A DNA stretch of 29,494 bases from Macrostomum lignano (taxonomy: Eukaryota): positions 1 through 29,494 of the forward strand of contig NIVC01001244.1 of assembly GCA_002269645.1 (NCBI GenBank), read 5' to 3'. The translations under genes were made by a program, and so were the position numbers. Below, in pieces: positions 21,846 to 29,494 of this stretch. Numbering within the stretch: position 1 is the stretch's first letter; each line of letters opens with the position of its first letter. The notes under the pieces are model-generated. The model was not told the origin of the DNA, ran no database searches, and saw only the letters and a program-made list of their open reading frames with translations.

Positions 21846-24800
21846 TCACACGTTGCGGCCACCGCCAGGCGGTCTCATGGAGCGATGTTTGTTAAACAGA
21901 TCGTTTCCGGACTGGTAATTATTAGCTGCTCCTGGCTAGCCAGGTTCTCAAGCAGGGTGTTGACTCTTTCTCTCAGCTTGTGAACCTCATCAGTCAGATT
22001 CGCGATTTCGCCATCTTTTCGAGGCAGCTCTTGCTTGAACCATCCGATTGCTTCTTCAGCCTGTCTCAGTTTCCCTGAGCCTCCGTCAGCTGCGTGTTCA
22101 ACTCGTGCTCTCTAGTCAGCATTTCAGTCATTGTCCGCTCCATACCCGAGTAGTCATTGCGCAGCTTTGCGTGCTCAAGCTTCAACTGCTCCAGCTCGGT
22201 ATGAGCAGTCGCCGATTTGCCCAACTCTTCTTCAAGCCTCTGACGCATCTGCTCGGCCACTTTGATGACGTCATCGCGCTTTTTGCTGCACTCTGTGAAC
22301 TGTTGCCTCACATTTTCAAGTTCTCTATCAACTCCGTCAGAGTAGCTTTGCAAATCGGCGGCAAACTTCTCAGAGTCCTGCAACTTGCTGTTTGCTTGTT
22401 CTAACTGCTGTCTCAGTTGATCAAGCTGAGCATTTCCCTGCCTCAGCTCCTGCTGCGTTGCCTCTTGCTGCCGCTGTAGCTGAATCTGCTTCTGATTCTC
22501 CTGCTTCACTTGCTCGTTAGCAGTTTTGAGCTGTTGCTCAGTATTGAGCCGCATTTCAGACTGCTCGCATAGCTTCTTATATAGTTGCTCAGATTTGCGC
22601 TTCTCTATAATCAGTTTTTGCTCGCTCTCCTCGGCATGAGACTCGTTTCTCTGATTCAGCTCATCAATGGTTTCCCTCAGCTGAGACTCCAAATCAGCCT
22701 TCTGCTCAATCAGATTTCTGTGCTGCTCCAAAGCCTCTTGCTGTGCTTCGCAGTCCTGTCTCAGTCTCCCGAGCTCTTTCTTGCTCTCATCTGACTTGGC
22801 AAGAACTTGTCGAACAGTCTCGTCGCTATCTCGGCACTGCTTTCTGAGTTCATCCTCCAACTCCTTCATCTTGCGAAGCTCTTCAGTCAGCTTCTCAACT
22901 TCAGTCTCGGCCGCCTGAAGCTTCTTGGCTTTGAAGGATTGTTCATTGCGCGCTGAATCAATTTCCATGTGCAGCTGACTGCAAATTGGAAATGAATGTA
23001 CGGAGTGTGATGGAGTATAATACAGCAGACAATAGCTGCTGAAAATTGATTAATCTACTTACTTTGCCATATTCTTGTCAATTTCAGCCTGGCTCTTCAA
23101 TTCCCTGATCTCCTGCTGCAGTTTTTCTGTCTGCGAGTTGCCTTGAGCAGAGCTGAAAAGCCGAGAGGAGGTCGGGAGTCATTGCTTGCGCTAACAAAAG
23201 CCGCTAATAAAAGAGTTTAAGACCCGTATGCTTACCCGCTCTCCAGAGTTTTTATTTTCTCATTCAGTTCGTATACTTTGTGTCGAGTCTCATCAAAATC
23301 TTGAGCACGCTGTCCAGCTCACTCTGCTTCTGCTCCAGCTGCTTTTGCAGCTTGGCCGCCTCATCAGCTTGCTGCATGCTGTTGGCTTCAGCACCGCCGT
23401 TCTTGACTTCCGTCTGGGCTGGGCTGGGATGCATGCCGCTATAGAATTCATTGGAAATAGTAATTAAAAACTTTTTTAAGCTTATTAGTTTGTTCAGATC
23501 TCCTGGCCAAGCTTTACAAAATCGGTAGGGATAGATTCTGTAAGATGTCTGAAGGAAGGGAGTGGACACAGCAACCTGAAGGAGGTTGTCGCGACTTTTC
23601 TAGTTCTTTCTTTAGTTCACCTTCACTTGTCTCTGTTTACTGTTTTCTCTCTCTCTTTGTCTAGCTCAATCTTGTTATTCTTATCTCTCTCTCCCTTGCT
23701 GCGTAGGGGGTAGCAGAGGATCTGGGTGATTAGAGGGTAATAGGACCAACGGAATAATCAAGGAAGGGACAGCAGAGGCCGCTGGAAGGTTCAGGGAGGG
23801 GGCACTGGATGCCACCTAAAGGATCAGGGAGGGGGCACCATATGCCACCTGAAGGATCAGGGAGGGGGCACCAGATGCCACCTGAATGATCAGGGAAAGG
23901 CACCAGATGCCACCAGAAGGATCACGACGACTCAAAGGATTTCTATCCTAAGCTCACCGATTCTCGTAGTCCTTGACCTTCTCATTCAGTTCGTACACTT
24001 TATGCCTAGTCTCGTCCAGATCTTCAGTCAAGCTGTCCAGCTCTTCCTGCTTTTTAGTCAGCTGAGTCTGCAGCTTGCTGACGTCTCCGTCGGCTCGAAC
24101 GTTGGCGACGTTGTCGCGACGGTCGCCTCTGGAATTTGGAAAATCGAACAAATTTGTTATAATGAAGCGACGAACCCGGACGTGAATATATGGTCCCAAT
24201 GCTCTACCGTCTCTCGTAGTCCTTAATCTTCTCGTTGAGCTCGTAGACTTTGTGTCGAGTCTCGTCAAAATCTTCGAGCACGCTGTCCAGCTCTACCTGC
24301 TTCTCTGCCAGCAGCTTCTCCAGCCTGCCGGTGGCGGCGGCGGTGCCGCGGTCGGCAGACGCGCGACTGCTGGCCAGCTGGGCCCGCTGCTCCGCCCTGG
24401 AGATTGGCGGGTTTCATCAGCTCCCGTAGAAACTCACTGACTAATAAAGTCTAATGATTTTAGTACGTTTGCACAAGAAGCGGTTATGAACTGCACAAAC
24501 TGGGATGCAATTCAAACTGGGATTTCTCGTCTTAAACTTTTTTCATGCTTCAATCTTAAAACTTTATTCCGTGTACTAAAAGTGGTACATGTATGTTGTC
24601 GTCAGCATCACTCACTGACTCTTGTACTCATTGACCTTCTCATTGAGCTGGTAGACCGTGTGCCGAGTCTCATCAAAGTCTTGAAGCAAACTGTCCAACT
24701 CCATCTGCTTCTCCTCCAGCTGTTTACGCAGCTCCCGGATTGCTTCAGCTTTTTGAGCATCGGAGTTCTCGCCAACCGTCTCGCCGTGCACCGCTCGCTT

Positions 24801-26912
24801 CATTTTTTGACTCTCATAGTGCTTGACTTTCTCAGTAAGCTCGCACACTTTGTTACGGGTCTCATCGAGGTCTTTGATCACACTGTCCAGCTCGCTCTGC
24901 TTCTCATCGAGCTGCTTTTGCAGCACACTAACAGACTCTTCATTCTGTTTCTTACTCAGAGTCTGACTGGTAGTCTGTTTGAGCGTGGCATTCTCCTTCT
25001 CAAGTTTCTTGATGCTGAAAAGAATTGCAGAAAAATTTCAGATGGATATCAGCAGAGCAGAATCTTGCCTAGATTTCCCCTTTTTTCTTCTGCTGCTGAA
25101 AATTAGTTCAGACATGGTCCCACAGCCTGAGGCTCTGAGGCAATTCTGACCATTCAGCTGACTCCTGACCACATGTACAAGTGCGCCAATACTGTACACG
25201 CAGGCACGCACTCACACAGGGTATCTAGAATAATCCAAAAAAGGTTTTTATAGAATATTGACCTCGATAGGGACCATAGTTGGAGGCTCTACATCTAACA
25301 CCGTTCTAGGATTTAAAGTTTACGACCAAGTTGATCTTTTAACTTGTACCTAAACTACATGGTAACAGGCCATTCAAAACCAGCAAACAAACGCACCTGG
25401 TCTCCAAATCCTCCACTTTCTGTCTCTCAGTCTTCAATGAAGCAGCAAATGAAGCTAACTGCATGGTCAAATTTCTGGTGGCGCTGTTCTTTTGAAGCGA
25501 CTCGGAATTTTCAATTTGCGGGCACTCCAAAGGATCTGTCTGACTCTCCACTGTTTTGACTTCGATTTCAGTAGTTTGTGACTGGTCAACAGCTCCGGAA
25601 CCTTCAACATTACTCGAAGAACTTTCTTCTTGTTCATCAGCAGTCTCAGACGTGCTCGTAGACTGATCAACAACACTGTTGAAAGAATCGTCCATTGACG
25701 TACCCGCATCAGATCGCGAGACCGAAACCGCAATGGAGGCCACAGCGACACCCACACCCGGAGGGCCCGCGACTGACTCAGTGGGGCTCGTAGCCTGCTC
25801 CTGCACTGCTTGCCTACTGAGCAGTGTCCGGACTTCGTGAAGCTCGGGATAGTTGCCACCAGAAGCAGAGGAGTCGGTCATCGTGCCAGCATCGTTGCTT
25901 CTGAAGTTATCGGTGGAGAAGCTACTCACACCAAACTGCTTAACCAACTCAAACATCTCGGCCTTCTCTGCCTCGTGCTTCTCGCTGAGCTCCTGCAGTT
26001 CCCGCCTGGCTTCCTCGGTCAGCCTCTCCTGCTCTCGGATTTTCTCCTCAAACTCCTTCCTCATCGCTTCAATAGCGCTCGCGTGCTCAGCAACAACACG
26101 GTCAGCCTCTGCTCGACATCTCTCCCGCTCTGAGGTCAGCGCCCGCTCATTCTCAGCCTGAGCAGCCTGCAAGTTGCCTTCATTTTCCTTCTTTGCACCT
26201 GTCAGCTCCAGGTGTAGCGCTTTGACCTCAGCAGCGTGATTGGCCTGCAGCTCAGCCAACTCCTGCTGCCACTTGTCTCGCTCAGCCTCCACCGCTGCGC
26301 TTCGTTCTTCATCAAACTTGGCCTGCAGCTTCTGCGTCTCAGCCGCCAGCGTCTCATCTCTGCTGCGCTGCAGGTCGGCCTTCTCAGACTCCAGGCGCTC
26401 CTTGGTGTTGGTCAGCAGGTTGTACTGGTTCTTCAGTTTCTGGTAGTCTTCGCTGGTCTGCTGCCACTCCTCCTCTCGGGTGCCCAGCCTCGCCAACTCG
26501 GCCTTCATCTGCTCACTGCTGGCTAGCAGAGCCTCGCACTGCTCAGTCTTTTCTCCCAGCTCAGCATCCTTGTCTGCCAGCTTCTTCTTCATCTCGGCTT
26601 GTCGTTCCCGCATCAGGTTGCGAAGCTGCTCCAGACTTCCGCTGTTGTCTCTCAGGCTGTCGTGCAGACTGGCCTGCTGCTGGCTCACCTGGCTGATTGC
26701 TGGGCTATCTTCTGCAGCTCAGACTCCGATGATGATGAGGCAGTTGCAGCGGTCAGAGACAGCTGGTAGTCTGTGGCCTCCGTACCGGGAGACTGCAGAC
26801 TCGAGGGGGAAGAACCTCCGCTACCGGCAATCACAACGAAGTCTTCTTCTGACACTATGCTGTGCGGTTGGCACTGACGCTGCAACTCGGGCCCACCTGG
26901 TTGCTGGGCCAT
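21846..26912 (-). CDS. Large coiled-coil protein (~1230 aa after correcting frame breaks). Exons 26912-25397, 25014-24616, 24396-24208, 24128-23958, 23438-23236, 23152-23063, 22978-21846 (alternative stop at 21875)
   Basis: Every intron is GT-AG and phase 2. The exons are heptad-rich in E/K/Q/L and contain five copies of L.KQL.EKQ.ELDS.L.DFDETRHKVYELNEK.K.YE. Single-base breaks occur near 26697, 23301 and 22072, and probably 21922. No family was recognised with confidence. Confidence 0.85.
23785..23924. repeat. Intronic 33-bp tandem repeat GATCAGGGAGGGGGCACCAGATGCCACCTGAAG, ~4 copies
   Basis: TCAGGGA recurs at 23791, 23824, 23857 and 23890. Confidence 0.9.
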
Positions 26913-27480
26913 TCGTGCAATGCTCTGTTAGTTATTAGGCTCTAGTATGGCCTTTTTACGGTGAACCTTGCAATGGAGGAGGGTGGGAGCATGGGTACGT
27001 TAAATATCAAGAATGCAATTAACTAGGCGGATTCAAACAGAAAAATCTAAGCCTTTCTGCTTTCAATTTTCCGCTAAACAAGGTACCAAGATAGAGAAAG
27101 ATAGACTAACTGACTGTACAGTGCAAACATAATTTTCGCTTTTAGAAAAGCAACATAGCTATTTTCTAGAGTCTAGCCCGCCCCGCTGCAGCAAGTGTAC
27201 ACTAAGGAGCAGTGAACAGTATATTTTTAGATTGGCGAGTCACCCACCTCTCTCAAACGCCACGCTTGCGTTGCCTATGCGAGGGTGTACAAATGTACAC
27301 ACTATTGGATTGGGGTTGGGAGAGAATTATCTGAATATACGGGATACTAAAATCTAGGGTAGTCCGGTCTTGAAAAGCTAGTCTAGACTTGGATTTGGTA
27401 TGCAGAAACACAAAGTTAGATCAGTCTACTATAGCAGAACTAGGGTAGCTAGACCATAGACTATAGACTGAACTACCCAA

Positions 27481-27502
27481 GTCCAGACTAGCTAGTCTGG
27501 AC
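27481..27502. other. Perfect 22-bp palindrome GTCCAGACTAGCTAGTCTGGAC
   Basis: Checked base by base as self-reverse-complementary. Confidence 0.9.
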
Positions 27503-28192
27503 CAGGCTTTCTGCATACGGCCCCATGTGTCTAGTTTGAATATAAGCATTCTATTATATTTACTTTGTTAAAAAGCAAAAGCAGTCTTATAGCCTTCTAT
27601 GGACCAGCCCGTGGGCCCGCAATTGCTGCAAAGCATCTCTCGGGGGGTCCCTTGACACTTTACATTAACAATACGACCCGCTCAAGGTCTGTGTGTGTCT
27701 TCGCAGCTCTCTTCGTCTTCTATCCCCCCTCTTCCCTCGATTTATCTCTTCTTATCTTTTCTCTTATCCTTCTCTCTGAACCTTCAGGTAAAGAAGTTTG
27801 CCCTTTAAACTAGGAAAAGAAATAAAAGAAAAACACACGGAAACTTTAATCCAAAAAAGACAGCAACATGTTGCCATCGAAGACGCAGTGAAATCTCTTA
27901 GATAAGATTTTTCGCACCAAAATGCACGCGCCTTTGAGGAAAAAAAGGGTTGACCAACGTTTTTTTCCATTTTCTTTCAAGCAACAAAACCAATTCGAAA
28001 CCTAACAACCAGAGACATGATTTCTTTCGGGAAATTGTTATAAGTAATCATAAACAAATGGTAAACAACAATATAGATGAACGCAACGCAATAAAATGCA
28101 GGTTAAAAATGATTACTAGTATATTATATTAAAAGTACTTTAATTGACTGGACTCGCTTCACTTATTAATCGACTATCAATTAAGATGGATT

Positions 28193-28198
28193 TTTATT
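28193..28198 (-). terminator. Candidate polyadenylation signal AATAAA for POLR1A
   Basis: AATAAA on the - strand a few nt after the TGA at 28207-28205. Confidence 0.5.
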
Positions 28199-28204
28199 AT
28201 AGTT

Positions 28205-28933
28205 TCAAGGCATTGATTTATCAATCGAGCTCAGCAGCAGAGCTTCATCTTCGTGATCAAGCACCACCTGATCGATAGGTTCTTGTTTGGACTTGCTAAC
28301 AATTTTATTACCATGGCGATGCCGATGGTGTTGCTGCTTCGGCGATAAAATCTGTTTCGACTTGTCAGCGGCCGACTTGTCACCGGCCCGGCCCATCGAC
28401 ACGGCCTCGACTGGGCCAAGTCGGACAGACTCGGCGCCTTTGGACTTTTTAGCGCTCAACGGCAACAGGTGCAACAGGTCGAACGAGCCGGTGCCGCAGG
28501 CTACGGGCGGCCTGCCAGCCATGATGCAAGCCGACGGCGACCGCATGTCGTCTCGAGCGGCGGCCAGCACGGCGTCTTTCAGCACCACCGACGAAGTCTC
28601 GAACGACATTCGCTGCAGAGCGGACGGCTGGCCGATCATGCCGTGGCGACTGAACGCCAGATAGGTGCCGCTGTTGGTCATGTAGTCCGACACCAGGCTG
28701 AGATGGCGCGGGTCCACCCCGATGCCGTAGTGCTTAAATACGTCGCGAACTTCGCGAACGATACAACTGGCGGCGGCTTCGATGCCGTAGGCGGACTGCA
28801 TCACCCGGATGTTGTTGGTGTAGGCGGAGTTTAAATCTAGCAAGTCGCTGTGCGGACGAACTAAATCCAGGTTGACGCCTTCGACGCGGAGTATCCAGGG
28901 CAGTTTGGACTTGTCTAGGCTGGCTCGTTCCAC
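28205..28933 (-). CDS. POLR1A: DNA-directed RNA polymerase I largest subunit (RPA1/RPA190), terminal exon
   Basis: Acceptor TGTCCAG|GTG at 28934. Carries the Pol I-type C-terminal motifs YGIEAA..VFKHYGIGVDPRHLSLVSDYM..SALQRMSFET..D.MRSPSA..GTGSFDLL. Confidence 0.93.
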   Translation of the reverse strand: MERASLDKSKLPWILRVEGVNLDLVRPHSDLLDLNSAYTNNIRVMQSAYGIEAAASCIVREVRDVFKHYGIGVDPRHLSLVSDYMTNSGTYLAFSRHGMIGQPSALQRMSFETSSVVLKDAVLAAARDDMRSPSACIMAGRPPVACGTGSFDLLHLLPLSAKKSKGAESVRLGPVEAVSMGRAGDKSAADKSKQILSPKQQHHRHRHGNKIVSKSKQEPIDQVVLDHEDEALLLSSIDKSMP

Positions 28934-29024
28934 CTGGACAGGTGCATTGTAGAGTTCGGGATTTTAATGGGTTGTTGATTCATGGAGCGATTCTTAGGAA
29001 TATGAATCGAGAGTCAGGGCTATT

Positions 29025-29494
29025 CTCAAGAGGGTAGTTTAGGGTCAGATTGATTCTTAAAAGGGTAGTTTAGGGTCAGATTGATTCTTACAAGGGTGTT
29101 TAGGGTCAAATTGATTCTTACAAGGGTAGTTTAGGGTCAGATTGATTCTTACAAGGGTAGTTTAGGGTCAGATTGATTCTTACAAGGGTAGTTTAGGGTC
29201 AGATTGATTCTTACAAGGGTAGTTTAGGGTCAGATTGATTCTTACAAGGGTAGTTTAGGGTCAGATTGATTCTTACAAGGGTAGTTTAGGGTCAGATTGA
29301 TTCTTACAAGGGTAGTTTAGGGTCAGATTGGCTCTTAAAAGGGTAGTTTAGGGTCAGATTGGCTCTTAAAAGGGTAGTTTAGGGTCAGATTGGCTCTTAA
29401 AAGGGTAGTTTAGGGTCAGATTGATCTTACAAGGGTAGTTTAGGGTCAGATTGATTCTTACAAGGGTAGTTTAGGGTCAGATTGATTCTTACAA
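29025..29494. repeat. POLR1A intronic minisatellite, 31-bp unit AGGGTAGTTTAGGGTCAGATTGATTCTTACA, ~15 copies, running off the window
   Basis: TTTAGGGTC at 29161 and 29192 gives a period of 31. Confidence 0.96.

Noticed and set aside
26683-26688. GTGAGC as a splice donor explaining the frame change in the first coiled-coil exon
   Set aside because: No polypyrimidine acceptor follows and the downstream sequence is continuous coiled-coil coding. A 1-nt deletion also restores the exact exon phase.
8171-26700. Programmed ribosomal frameshifting as the cause of the frame breaks
   Set aside because: There are no X XXY YYZ slippery heptamers or shared stimulatory structures, the breaks occur in unrelated genes, and homopolymer context points to assembly error.
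22048-26938. Plus-strand ORFs overlapping the coiled-coil gene
   Set aside because: They are antisense shadows of E/Q/K/L-rich codons, with no splice or start support.
28287-28834. Plus-strand ORFs within POLR1A
   Set aside because: They are antisense shadows of a GC-rich conserved exon.

Overview
Eukaryotic (metazoan-type) genomic DNA with GC-rich exons and AT-rich GT-AG introns that are often filled with minisatellites. The style is reminiscent of the flatworm Macrostomum, but the species is an inference only. Contents: (1) the 3' part of a TOG-array ciliary microtubule regulator (TOGARAM1/crescerin/CHE-12-like, + strand, 11 exons, 58-10144), with a different tandem repeat in almost every intron; (2) an unrecognised spliced gene on the - strand (11898-12565, possibly extending to ~14184); (3) a possible broken + strand ORF chain (14255-15152); (4) a 1.2 kb foldback-type non-autonomous DNA transposon with an 8-bp target-site duplication (15884-17092); (5) a lone hAT-like end, an orphan ORF and a large minisatellite; (6) a ~1230-aa coiled-coil gene (- strand, 7 exons) with an N-terminal LIR-like motif and five copies of a 39-aa module spread by exon duplication; (7) the last exon of RNA polymerase I largest subunit (POLR1A) with an apparently extended basic C-terminal tail. 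Up to six single-base (-1) frame breaks (four clear, two inferred) occur in otherwise intact genes, mostly in short homopolymers, which most likely reflects long-read assembly error. No prokaryotic systems, CRISPR arrays, tRNA or rRNA genes were seen. All gene models and alignments were made by eye; no database searches were run.
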